From NCBI GenBank assembly GCA_951406725.2, contig OX597819.1, positions 52,204,001 to 52,268,000 on the forward strand: 64,000 nucleotides of DNA, written 5' to 3'. Source of the stretch: Octopus vulgaris (lineage: Eukaryota). Positions 13,537 through 27,135 of this stretch are shown one piece after another. The notes below the pieces were generated by a model. The model was not told the origin of the DNA. It saw only the letters and a program-made list of their open reading frames with translations, and did no database searches. How positions within the stretch are numbered: the first letter of the stretch is position 1; the number at the start of each line of letters is the position of its first letter. Both the position numbers and the translations under genes were made by a program.

Positions 13537-13989
13537 ACATGTATATATACACTTAATTTGGGGTTTGAAAATGCACCTGAATTTGAAAACCGTGTAGTTA
13601 TTTTTTAATAGATTTATTCTTATACATACCAAACTAGCTTCAACTAATTTTTTTATTTATCAATGGTACAAATATATATATATATATATATATAAAACAA
13701 TGGGTTTTTAACAGAATTTAAAATTACGATGTAGAAACTGGATGAACATGTTTAAACGATAAAATGATCAAATAAAATTCAATGAGTTTCACAGGGATAG
13801 ATAATATCAAAGTAAATGCTCGGCGAAGAATATAAGAAATGTACGTTATTGAAAGTTCGGTCATATTGAGTACTTACAGAATACGTGGACAAGAAAGAGA
13901 AGAAAAAAGGAAGAGAGTAAAAAAGTTCTTTCTACAATTTCTGTTCTTCTGTAGTTCTTATTTTTTCTTCTTCAGCTATTTTTTTTTCT

Positions 13990-14424
13990 TTTCTTTTACT
14001 TGTTTCAGTAATTTGACTGCAGCCATGTTGGAGCACCGTCTTTAGTCGAACAATTCGACCCCAGGACTAATAGTTTGTAAGCCTAATACTTATTCTATCA
14101 GTGTCTTTTGCCGAACCGCTAAGTTATGGGGACGTAAACACACTAGTATCGGTTGTCAAGCGATGGTAGGGGAACAAACACAGACACACAAATACATACA
14201 TACATACATACATACATACATACATACATACATACATACATACATACCTATATGCACACGACGGGCTTCTTTCTGTTTCCATCTGTCAATTCCATTCATA
14301 AGACCTTGGTCTGACCGAGACTGTAGTAGAAGACACTTGCTCAAGGTGCCACGCAGTGGGACTGAACACAGAACTACGTGGTTGACAAACAAGCTTCTTA
14401 CCACACAGCCACTCCTACGCCTAT
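13990..14424 (-). mobile_element. SINE family A
   Basis: Reverse complement of the family A sequence, ending ccacacagccactcctacgcct. Confidence 0.85.
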
Positions 14425-15097
14425 TTGAACACAATTTTTTTATTTAAGGCGAATAAAAATATTTATTTTTTAAAAAATCAGTATATCTTTATGGAATTTG
14501 GCACCACAAATTCTTACAAAGATATTGTCCGAATGAAACCGTTATCAGTCTACATTACTGTTTGGATACGGCTTTTGGAACGACTAAATACGTTGATCGG
14601 GTGATCTTTATTGAGGTTTGATATAACGTCCCCAATAGCGAACATCAACGAATCCTTCATCGACCAACACTCCGATGGGCCCTGATGCATGTTAGTTCTC
14701 CAATGAGAAAATGTTGCTAACTCTTTCTCCCCATGATCCGTCTCACAGCACAACATAGAAGAATGAAATCCACCGCTGTTCTCACATCGACTCTGTAAGC
14801 ATGTAATGTCAATTATGGTGGTGTTTGGACTCAGATCGCAGAGAGCTGGAACAAAACCGCAAAGTATTATATCCTACTCTCTAATAACGCTACCAATTCA
14901 CCATCGATTAATTTCTCTTCCACCTGCAAAATAAGTATAAAATATTTTTATGTTCTTGATGTCATAAGGATTTTATAAACTTTCGAGAGAACGTAAAATA
15001 ATTATCTTTTGGAACTGTGGATCTCGAAACATATAAAGCTATAAATAATACGATTTTTCAACCTAATATTCGTACATATTATTATTTATATCCTTAT

Positions 15098-15490
15098 TAA
15101 GGCGGTGAGCTGGCAGAATTTTTAGCATGCCAGCCAAAATGCTTAGCGGGATTTCGTCTGCCGTTACGTTCTGAGTTCAAATTCTGCCGAGGTCGACTTT
15201 GCCTTTCATCCTTTCGGGTCGATTAAATAAGTACCAGTTACGCACTGGGGTCGATATAATCGACTTAATCCGTTTGTCTGTCCTTATTTGTCATCTTTGT
15301 GTTTAGCCCCTTGTGGGTAGTAAAGAAATAGGTATTTCGTCTGTTTTTATGTTCTGAGTTTAAATTCCACCGAGGTCAACTTGGTCTTCCATCCTTTCCG
15401 GTTCGATAAAATAAATACCAGTTGAGTACTGGAGTTGATCTAATCGACAATCGCCCTCCACCAAATTTCAGGCTTTGTGCCTATAGTAGA
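15098..15490 (+). mobile_element. SINE family B, full head plus a duplicated 3' part
   Basis: aaggcggtgagctggcagaa...gttctgagttcaaattc (B-box-like), then the core; the core is repeated at 15332-15490. Confidence 0.85.
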
Positions 15491-15962
15491 CAACATATAT
15501 TGTGGTCTATCAGCGCCATCTTTAAATTCTATATTTCCAATTTTTACATTGGTAATTCGTTTTGTAGTCAATTTGATTCACACGTTTTCACTGATACTAA
15601 TTATTTTATGAAGGAGGGATGCTTGTAAAAGTAAAGCATATCCTGCCACCATTTAACAAGAACTAAATAGTAGATTCGGAGGAATATGAAGATGGTCGTA
15701 AGGCGATGGTTCGTCAAGGAGGTTGTAACCAGAAGAACGCGAAATATCATGTGTTATATCTCGCTCGCTTAATAGATGCGCACACATGAAGTATGGCTGC
15801 ATCTGAAACCAAGACAAGGTGAAAAAAACGGCTTAAACAGAGAAGACATTTCCGAAAGTATTTGAATTACAGAAGTAATAAAAAAAAAAGAACCGCCATC
15901 AAAGACTATCGCGAAGAAAACATTAATCCATTTAGCATTCTGCCAAACACACACACACTCTC

Positions 15963-16017
<55 letters not shown>

Positions 16018-16096
16018 CACATACACCTCTTCCTCTCTCTCTTTCTCTCTTACTCTTTCTCTTTCACTCTCTTTCTGACTCTCTATTTCACAATCA

Positions 16097-16176
<80 letters not shown>

Positions 16177-16377
16177 GAGAACAATAATTCTGTGAGTGGA
16201 ATCTTTGCTCTCTTTATCCATCTTTCTTTCCTTCATCCTTTTACTTTCTCTCTCTCCCTCTCCCTCTCTCTCTTTCTCTCTCTGTCGCTCTTTCTCTCTG
16301 TCTCTCTTTCTCCCTCACCCTATCTCTCTCTTTCTCTCTCTGTCGCTCTTTCTCTCTGTCTCTCTTTCTCCCTCACC

Positions 16378-16408
<31 letters not shown>

Positions 16409-16699
16409 ACTCTCTCTCTCTCTCTCTCTCTAACACACACACATACACAGACATACACACCGACATCACCAGCAGCATTCGGATTTTGAAAAACGCTATC
16501 TTATCTGATTTTAAAAAAGAATTACTTTTCTGATTTAAAACACTTATCTGATTTCCATAAATAATTTAAACTCAATATTACACTGATGAAATCAAATTGA
16601 GATCGAAATAAGTACATGCGATTGGATTTTTTTTATTACTTTTATTACTACGAAAACGGTGAACCAGAAAAATCTTAAGAGCATAGGAATAGATACTTT

Positions 16700-17850
16700 T
16701 GCAGTGTTTATTCTTACTCTACATTCGGAGTTCAAATTTCGCTCTGGTCAATTTTGCTTTCGATCCTTTCGAAGTCGAGAAAAATGAAATATTATTCAAA
16801 TACCGATGGCAATGGTATCGACAACCCTCCTCCGAAAACTGCTGACTTTTTCCCTAAATTGATTTGAAATTTTGGTACAATGCCAGCAATTTTAGGGAAG
16901 GGAGTTGTAAGTCGATTACATCGACCCCGGCGCTCAACTGGTACTCATTTTATTGACCCCGAAAGGATGAAAAGCAAAGTCGGCTTCGGTGGAATTTGAA
17001 CTCAGGACATAAAGACGGACGAAATGCTGCTAAGCATTTTTCTCGGCGTGCAAATGCTTCTGCCAATTCGCCGCCTTGGCTTGCTGCCTTAACCAGAAAT
17101 TATTAAGGGCAGTGAATTAGAAGAAATGTTAAATCCCCGGAAAAGTGCCTTGTATTTGTTCCGGCTCTTCATGTTTTGGGTTCAATTCCTGCCAAGGTTA
17201 ACTTTACATTTTGTTGCTTCCGGGACCGATAAAACAAAGTATCAATCAACTACGGAGATCGATGATGCCGACTAACGCCTTCCCTGCAAATTTCAGACCT
17301 TGTGCCTATATTAGAAACAAATACTAAGGGCTATGGATAGGCAGGTCAGTTAGAACACCGAAGAAAATGCTTAGCAGCCTTTGTTCCTGCTCTTTACGTT
17401 CTGAGTTCAAATTCCACTAGAATTAACTTTACCTTCGGAGTTAACAAAATAATGTACCAATCTACTACTGGTAGTTTCCTTGGTCCCTCGGCTTCATAAA
17501 CCGGGTAACCGGCTTCATAAGATAAAAGCGGCTGATATCACAATATTCCCACGGAAAGGGACATCGATCCATTGCAGGGTTCAAGGCCCACAATTTTTAG
17601 GGGAAGCAGTCGATGACATCGACCCTAGAGTTTAAGTGGTACTTTATGTTATCGACCTCCCAAGGGATATGAGACAGAGTTGACAACGGCAGTATTTGAA
17701 CTCACATCGTAAATAGCCGGAGGATATGAGGCTATAGCATTTTCTCTGACGTACTAAGGATTTCGCCACTTTACACCAGTATTTCACTGCTACTTAATCT
17801 ATCGAATCTAAGAAGGTGAAATGCTAAGTCTAGCTCAGGCGAATTTGGGA
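16700..17850. mobile_element. Cluster of 5-6 degenerate family B SINEs in both orientations
   Basis: Repeated variants of gagttcaaatt...tttcatcctttcggggtcgat...agtacca and its reverse complement (e.g. 16865-17080, minus). Confidence 0.7.
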
Positions 17851-18030
17851 TCAAACCTCATACTTACTAAACTTAATAACCACAAGATATATTGCCCATA
17901 GTTCTTCTGAATCTGTAATTTTATATATATTTATATTTATATATATGTGCGTGTGTGTGTATGTATGTATGTATGTATGTATGTATGTATGTATGTATGT
18001 ATGTATGTATGTATGTATGTATGTATGTAT

Positions 18031-18250
18031 GGAGTGGCTGTGTGGTAAGTAGCTTGCTTACGAACCACATGGTTCCGGGTTCAGTCCCACTGTGTGGCAC
18101 CTTGGGCAAGTGTCTTCTACTATAGCCTCGGTCCGACCAAAGCCTTGTGAGTGGATTTGGTAGACGGAAACTGAAAGAAGCCCATCGTATATATGTATAT
18201 ACATGAGTATGTGTGTGTATGTGTTTGTGTGTCTGTGTTTGTCCCCCCCA
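18031..18250 (+). mobile_element. SINE family A, 3'-truncated
   Basis: ggagtggctgtgtggtaagtagcttgc...ccttgggcaagtgtcttc. Confidence 0.85.
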
Positions 18251-18342
18251 ACATTTATATATATATATTTACTTTTATGTATAATTTTACCCTCACGGGC
18301 TATTCTTTACTGGAAAGCAATACTCTTGTATTGCATTACTAT

Positions 18343-18401
<59 letters not shown>

Positions 18402-18462
18402 GAAATGAAGAAAATGCTGACAAATAATTGAAGTAATTTAAGTAATTTAATTAGGTGAAAGT

Positions 18463-18509
18463 TCTTTTTACCGGTTGCGCATTTGTTATGCTTATCAAAA
18501 TATAAAAGA
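18463..18509 (-). ncRNA. Degenerate hammerhead motif, U3-A8 variant
   Basis: Minus strand: TTGATAA gcat aacaa atgc GCA accggt A aaaag; A13 is changed to C. Confidence 0.45.
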
Positions 18510-18581
18510 GAGATTAGAGTTCCTTTCTTATAGAATTTTTCCTCCTATCTCTTATATATATAGAATTTTTCCTCTTATCTC

Positions 18582-18617
<36 letters not shown>

Positions 18618-18618
<1 letters not shown>

Positions 18619-19021
18619 TATGAGGATACTTAAACCTCTTATCGGGATAGTTCTATCCAAGGTACCCTGGTTTTAATTTAATATATTATATTTTCAAGGG
18701 ATACTTCTTCAATAAGTATATTATAAAACATCAAATAATACTAATAAGTTAGAAAATGGAGAGATTCAATGGATATAAATTAATTTGTTAATTAATTAAC
18801 GTTCCCTACAATTGTTTCAGTTCGCACCCAATTTAAATTCCAAAACATATATAATAATATAAGTCTGCATTTTGAGTACCCCGGGTGGAAGATCTTCAGC
18901 GCAAAATGGACATTACAAAGTTTACATTTTGGTCAATTGAAATACTCCAGCAGACTCTGTTGGAGTAGCCAATGTTAAATAATCAATAAATTTATATCCA
19001 TTGAATCTCTCCATTGTCAAA

Positions 19022-19023
<2 letters not shown>
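18618..19023 (-). mobile_element. (TA)n-flanked PLE-type unit with inverted repeat around a degenerate HHR
   Basis: tggagagattcaatggatataaattta (~18758) versus taaatttatatccattgaatctctcca (~18987-19013); between them, minus-strand CTGAAGA...GAAacaattgtA (18803-18900). Confidence 0.55.
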
Positions 19024-19117
<94 letters not shown>

Positions 19118-19242
19118 ACAATTAAGGATAATCTCTAAATAAGGGATCTTAACAAGAAATTATCGGGTAGCTAGCGTGAAAACCTCATAAAAGAAAAGAA
19201 TCCGAAAATAATTTTTTTTCTTTTGAACAAATTAATTATATC

Positions 19243-19558
19243 TATATTGTATAGAGGGCATTATTACACATAAATGCCTCACACTAGAGGGACAAAGTCA
19301 TTACTACCAAAATTATACTAATCATAAAAATGCAGTTTTTCAAAGCAAGACATTTAAAAAAATGAATTTAGTTCTGTATCACCGTGATTTCACATTTAGA
19401 CGTAAGTTGAATGTGAAATCACGGTGATACAGAACTAAATTCATTTTTTTAAATGTCTTGCTTTGAAAAACTGCATTTGGGTATGATTAGTATAATTTTG
19501 GTAGTAATGACTTTGTCCCTCCTAGTGTGAGGCATTTATGTGTAATAATGCCCTCTAT

Positions 19559-19566
<8 letters not shown>
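19243..19566. repeat. Long palindrome, ~153-bp arms with ~13-nt spacer
   Basis: 19243-19396 is the reverse complement of 19410-19566 with about 3 small differences; lies in a (TA)n-flanked unit (19115-19566). Confidence 0.9.
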
Positions 19567-19595
<29 letters not shown>

Positions 19596-19597
<2 letters not shown>

Positions 19598-19829
19598 TCT
19601 TTTACTTGTTTACTTGTTTCAGTCATTTGACTGTGGCCACACTGGAGCACCACCTTTAGTCGAGCAAATCGACCCCAGGACTTATTCTTTGTAAGCCTAG
19701 TACTTGTTCTATCGGTCTCTTTTGCCGAACCGTTACGTTACGGGGACGTAAACACACCAGCATCGGTTGTCAAGCGATGTTGGGGGGGGGACAAACACAG
19801 ACACAAACACACACACACACACACACACT

Positions 19830-19861
<32 letters not shown>

Positions 19862-19970
19862 TACAATGGGCCTCTTTCAGTTTCCGTCTACCAAATCCAC
19901 TCACAAGGCTTTGGTCGGCCCGAGGCTATAGTAGAAGACACTTGCCCAAGGTGCCACGCAGTAGGACTGA
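19596..19970 (-). mobile_element. SINE family A, 5'-truncated
   Basis: Reverse complement match to family A. Confidence 0.85.
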
Positions 19971-19983
19971 GCGCACACACGTG

Positions 19984-20015
<32 letters not shown>

Positions 20016-20203
20016 AAGACAGACCGACAGACAGTCGATCATATAGTTGAACGTGATTCTTCGGTGCAAAGAACAATATTGAATAAAAAGTAATAATAAC
20101 GAAATAATATTAATAGACAAAGTTCAAAACACCAAGATTGGATGGGATAAAAAAATATATATATAACAATAAACAACTTTTAAAATTACGTCTAAAATAG
20201 ATG

Positions 20204-20914
<711 letters not shown>

Positions 20915-21329
20915 AATAATAATTGTCGGTAAGACTAAACCTAGCGGAAGTACATTAAAAGAAGGAGAAAATAGAAGCTTACGACTGAACACTAAAATGT
21001 GTTTAAAACCTGCAGCTTTGTTACTTTTATTATTTCGTGAGAAACGACAGAAACGGATGTTTGGTCTGAGTTATTTGACGTTGTAATTTCTTTTTGAGAA
21101 CATGTTTCAATCTATTTGTGGCACGGTTGAAATATGGATGGGTTTTCTTTTCTTGTTTTTTTAAAGTCATCAATTTATTTTAATTGAAGTTATTGCTACA
21201 GTTGTTGTTGTCCCAAACATTACCATCATCATCATCATCATCATCATCATCATTATCATCAACTCCTTACATTACTGTCTCGAGACGTCGGATTCATATA
21301 GACGGTTCGTCTCTTTCCGTGACTGAGAT

Positions 21330-21525
21330 CGCAACGTCCCTCTCAACAGGTTGTACCAGTCTGTCACGGAGTTACTCATTTACAGCTGTGTGAACTGAGC
21401 AACGTGAAACGAAGTGTTCTGCTCAAAAAAACAAAAAAATACAACGCACTGCCCTGTCCGGGATTCGAAACCATGATCACAAGATCGTGAGCACAACACC
21501 CTTGCCATTAGACCAGGCACCGCCC
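21330..21525 (-). mobile_element. CORE-type tRNA SINE fragment
   Basis: actcatttacagctgtgtgaactg...aagtgttctgctcaa...gggattcgaaacc, related to 58725-59000. Confidence 0.65.
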
Positions 21526-21614
21526 ACTGTTTCATTTTCCTATTCAGATGTGTCCAAACTTATCTTGATTCAAAATTCATATAATTTTGGTCGATTGAAT
21601 AACAGCATGCATCA

Positions 21615-21961
21615 TCTTCAAGACCCTTCCTTCCCTCCTAAGTTCAGATGCCCACTTTTGCACAGTTGAGGAATCTGGAGCGGCATCCCCAAATGTGGGC
21701 AACTATGTCAGCATGCATGTGCTTGGGAGCTACACCCTTTTTCTGTAGGTACTTGATAACATCACAATGCCAAATTTTATCCATTTTCAAGAGAAGTCGC
21801 TGCAAGTTAGTTTTTCAGTCTTCTTTGAATGATGTGAGTTTACCTGAAAAGAAACAACACAGTTATTAATAAGAAATGTTGAAATTAATGCATGCAAGAT
21901 TTCCCAATTCTAGCATCAGTCCTTTATAGTCAGCCTGTGAACTTTTCAATCCACAGTTGTA
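21615..21961 (-). mobile_element. Mariner-type transposon 5' end (putative TIR plus HTH N-terminus), decayed
   Basis: ATG at 21784: MDKIWHCDVIKYLQKKGVAPKHMHADIVA..GDAAPDSSTVQKWASELRR, mariner HTH-like; putative end tacaactgtggattgaaaagttc at 21961. Confidence 0.75.
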
Positions 21962-22512
21962 TTTTTAATCTATATCTTTGTTGCTCTGTTGAAATCGTGT
22001 TAAATAACGTTTGAATATTCACACATCAAAATATATAGTGTGGTCCTAGCAGAGTATATTTGTTATTCATCTGACTTATTTGACTGGGTTTCGGTGAAAT
22101 TTTATTACGGTCAACATGTCAGATTCTGTTGCTCAGAAATACATTAACTGAAAAACATTCAATGCATACATGTAAATCTCGCAGGACCTGTAAAGTTTAT
22201 GGGCCACCACAAACTTTACACGTCCTGTCAGACTAAGAAGTTTGAATCGCTCCGGTGGGTACCATAAACTCCAGGAGATGAATGTCGGCGAAAGGCAAAA
22301 AAATAAATAAATACAGGAAATGCGGGACGGATTTTTGAGATTGAGTCCCGCTGTTTATAACAGTAGACTGCTAAATTTGCCAAGATCAAGACGGTGTCGT
22401 TAACTCGCGGACAGACGTGAGCAATAAAGCCCATTTTTTTTTCTTGAATAGCGTAGCTCAGAGTCGTCTAGGTTCCTACACAGGTCTAGACAAAGCTTAA
22501 TGAAGACTACAT

Positions 22513-22711
22513 AGGCGTAGGAGTGACTGTGTGGTAAATATAGACGTAGGAATGGCTGTGTGGTAAGTAGCTTGCTTACGAACCACATATTTCCGGGTTC
22601 AGTCCCACTGCGTGGCACCTTGGGCAAGTGTCTTCTACTATAGTCTCGGGCTAACCAAAGCCTTGTGAGTGGATTTGGTAGACGGAAACTGAAAGAAGCC
22701 TGTCGTATATA

Positions 22712-22794
<83 letters not shown>

Positions 22795-22992
22795 TTGTGT
22801 GTCTGTGTTTGTTTCCCCAACATCGCTTGACAGCCGATGCTGGTGTGTTTACGTCCCCGTAACTTAGCGGTTCGGCAAAATAGATCGATAGAATAAGTAC
22901 TAGGCTTACAAAGAATAAGTCCTGGGGTCGATTTGCTCGACTAAAGGCGGTGCTCCAGCATGATCAGTCAAACGGCTGTAACAAGTAAAAGA
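22513..22992 (+). mobile_element. SINE family A with duplicated head
   Basis: ggcgtaggagtgactgtgtggtaa is followed at once by gacgtaggaatggctgtgtggtaag and a full body. Confidence 0.9.
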
Positions 22993-23169
22993 GTAGTTGC
23001 TCATCTAACAAGCTTCTCTTCTCCCTGCCATCGATTTTATCGGGGGGTGGGGGGAAGGCAAGATCAACTTGATACCATTTTCGCTGCAGATGAATTAAAA
23101 ATGCAAAGTCAGAACAAATGCCATAAGGTATCTAGGAGTACATTAATCAAACGTGTCCTTCTTTTTAAG

Positions 23170-23550
23170 GAGGCGCAATGGCCAGTGGTTAGGGCAGCGG
23201 ACTCGCGGTCGTAGGATCGCGGTTTCGATTCCCAGACCGGGCGTTGTGAGTAGTTTATTGAGCGAAAACACCTAAAGCTCCACGAGGCTCCGGCAGGGAT
23301 GGTGGTGATCCCTGTTGTACTCTTTCACCACAACTTTCTCTCACTCTTACTTCCTGTTTCTGTTGTACATGTATTTCAAAGGGCCAGCCTTGTCATTCTC
23401 TGTGTCACGCTGAATATCCCCGAGAACTACATTAAGGGTACACGTGTCTGTGGAGTGCTCAGCCACTTACACGTTAATTTCACGAGCAGGCTGTTCTGTT
23501 GATCGGATCAACCGGAACCCTCGTCGTCGTAACCGACGGAGTGCTTCCAT
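23170..23550 (+). mobile_element. tRNA-derived SINE family C
   Basis: gaggcgcaatggccagtggttagggcagcggactcgcggtcgtaggatcgcggtttcgattccc (tRNA-like A and B boxes); other copies at 34092, 38160 and 55768. Confidence 0.85.
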
Positions 23551-23782
23551 CCCTTCTTTTAAGAGAGTAACGTAGTATTTGAAGCAGATTTGGTAGCTAC
23601 TTCTAGGAAAGTCGGTGACCACATAGAGGCATCTTGTTCATTCCTCAACCGGGATGTTAAACCGGACGATGTGTTGGATCTAAAATTCTTCTTCCACTTC
23701 ACTTGATACAAGAACATCGCAGTGATGTGTTTGCAAGAATTATGCATAATTTACGTTTTTGCAAAGAAAATACTCTTGCACA

Positions 23783-23823
<41 letters not shown>

Positions 23824-24436
23824 ACACACACACACACACATACACACACATACACACAAAGAGAGACAGACAGACAGTAAGACAGACAGAGACAGAGAAT
23901 ATAAAAAACATCATAAAATGACAAGTAAAAAACAGACGATAAATCAAAAACACACACATGTATATATATATACACACACACACACATATCTATATAGATG
24001 TGTGTGTATATGTATGAGCGTGTGTGTATGTGTGTGAGTGTGTGTATGTGTTTGTGTGTGTGTGTGTGTATTGATTTATCTTCTAGTTTTTTAATTGTTA
24101 TTTTATGCTGTGTTATATGTTGTCTCTCTCGCGTCTTTCGTACGTGTGTCTATGAGTGTTTGCGTGCGTTGAAGCCAAAACTTTTGTTACAGTGTTGTTA
24201 ATAATTTCAAACTTCATGTAGAATATGCGATATGAACAAAAAACAAAAAACAAAAACAAGATAATATGAAGAAGAAACTTTGACAAAACACTGTAATGTT
24301 ATAATAAAATATTACTCACCTTAATGTTGAGTTTATTGCTTTATGACTATGAATTAAAAACCGCAATCGTTTTGGCTAACTCGCCACATACATACAAGAC
24401 TCTGTCTGTGTGTGTATACAGACACATAAATATATA

Positions 24437-24487
<51 letters not shown>

Positions 24488-24557
24488 ACATGTGAATATG
24501 TATGTATGTCTTTACAAATATATTCATACATATTCCTATGTATGTGTATATATATAT

Positions 24558-24609
<52 letters not shown>

Positions 24610-24860
24610 ATATAATGTGTGAATTTACACCTATGTATACGTGCTTATACATGTTTGTGTGTGTGTAAATGCATATTATTTTTTTCTAATTCCAGTCGAT
24701 GAACTGCGGCCATGCTGAAGCACTGTCTTATTTTCATTTTTGTTTATTTATTACTTTTTATTTTGTTTTTTTTTCAATTTTGTTGAAGTTTTATGGCTGA
24801 AGGCTAGTCTATAACTGAGTCATATACGTATGAACGTGTGTATGTATATATATATATATA

Positions 24861-24942
<82 letters not shown>

Positions 24943-24968
24943 CTTATATATATAAATATATACATATA

Positions 24969-25036
<68 letters not shown>

Positions 25037-25046
25037 TATACATATA

Positions 25047-25139
<93 letters not shown>

Positions 25140-25844
25140 ATTTCAGTGTATAATAAAGCTGCAATGTGCGGGCATATAATTAGGAAAGAGTGTATATAAA
25201 ACTTTTTAAAGTTAGCTCGTATATCATCTCCTAACGGTAGGTTGTTGTTGTTGTTGTTAACGACGATACATTGCGATAAATCTCCAATCTGGGTATTATG
25301 CCATTTAATATGCAAACCATTATAAGTATTAACAGGCTTGTTGGAGGGGCTTTTGCGGATGTTGTTGGTGGTGGCTATTTTTTTTTTGTTCTTTTTGTTT
25401 TTTTGCTATGTATTTATCCTCGCGACAAAAGAACTCATAAAAATTCTCTTACTATACGTGTGTGTGAGTGAGTGTAACTGGGTATGTTTGTCCTTTCCCT
25501 TTATCTCTTTCGTCTCCTTGTGATATATATATACATGTCGTCTGGGTGTATGACTATGTCTTTTGTACGGGTGGGAGGATGTGCGAGTGTGTGTGTGTGT
25601 GTGTGTGTGTGGTGAGAGAGAATGAGCATGTGTCTATGTGTGGTGTCAGCTAATGTTACTGCATGTACATGCATACAAATGAACATGTACACCAAGGATT
25701 ACGTAATACATAGGTATATATATATATATATATATATACGTGTGTGTGTGTGCACGGAGAGTATATAATTATATACTGTATTTGTATATTCCTATATAGA
25801 GGTTGATGAATTCAGACGTATATATATATATATATATATATATA

Positions 25845-26315
<471 letters not shown>

Positions 26316-26323
26316 TATATACA

Positions 26324-26400
<77 letters not shown>

Positions 26401-26453
26401 GAAAAAACAAGTCAAAAATAGAAAATGCTAAGATAATTTTATAGTGAATCTTT

Positions 26454-26491
26454 CAGTACCGGTTTCGATCATTTTGAGACCTTTTCAACTG
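26454..26491 (-). ncRNA. PLE 3' hammerhead motif, U3-A8 core variant
   Basis: Minus strand: cag TTGAAAA ggtc tcaaaat gatc GAA accggt A ctg; same sense as the ORF, ~55 nt from the element end. Confidence 0.7.
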
Positions 26492-27135
26492 TAACGATTA
26501 AATAATTAAATTTAGAAAAATTAGAAGAAAAGTTTTTTTAAAAGAATATTTCTATAGTAGTGTTCAGATGTAAGTGGCATTCTGCCTTTCTCTGACTCCC
26601 TTGTTTGCACTTGTGTGTTCGAGGTCGTTGTAAGTTCTTGGTAGGGTAGGTGAAGAATAAGGAGGCTGATGTGGAGAGGGGTGGGGAAATCTGGGAACGC
26701 CTTGATGGTCGTATTTTGAATGGTCAGTGGCTGACAGCAGTCGCAGTTCAATTCAGGAATTGTTTATGGAATTTGCGTAGGCGTTATACTGAAAGACATT
26801 AGTGACAAGGTTAAGGGGTAGAAGGTGGAGAAGTAGAAGAAGAAGAAGATGACGATGTTGATGATGATGATGATGATGATGAAGAAGAAGAAGAAGAAGA
26901 AGAAGAAGAAGAAGGAGAAGGAGAAGATGATGGTGATGATGGTGGTGATGATGATGACGACGATGATGATGATAATGATGATGATGAAGAAGAAGAGGAA
27001 GAAGAAGAAAAAAACAGAGAAGGGAGAATATGAATGGGCGAAAGTATAGCTGTGATGGGGCTGATTAGTAATGGATTCTATGGAGTGTAATATTTGTGTG
27101 TGTATATATTTCTTTTATTCTAAAGTTGAGGTATA

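Noticed and set aside
14550-14930. Possible minus-strand exon after a ttttgcag acceptor
   Set aside because: Stops in all three frames shortly after the acceptor; no recognisable protein.
23170-23245. tRNA gene
   Set aside because: tRNA-like head continues into a SINE body found in four copies; no proper acceptor stem or terminator.
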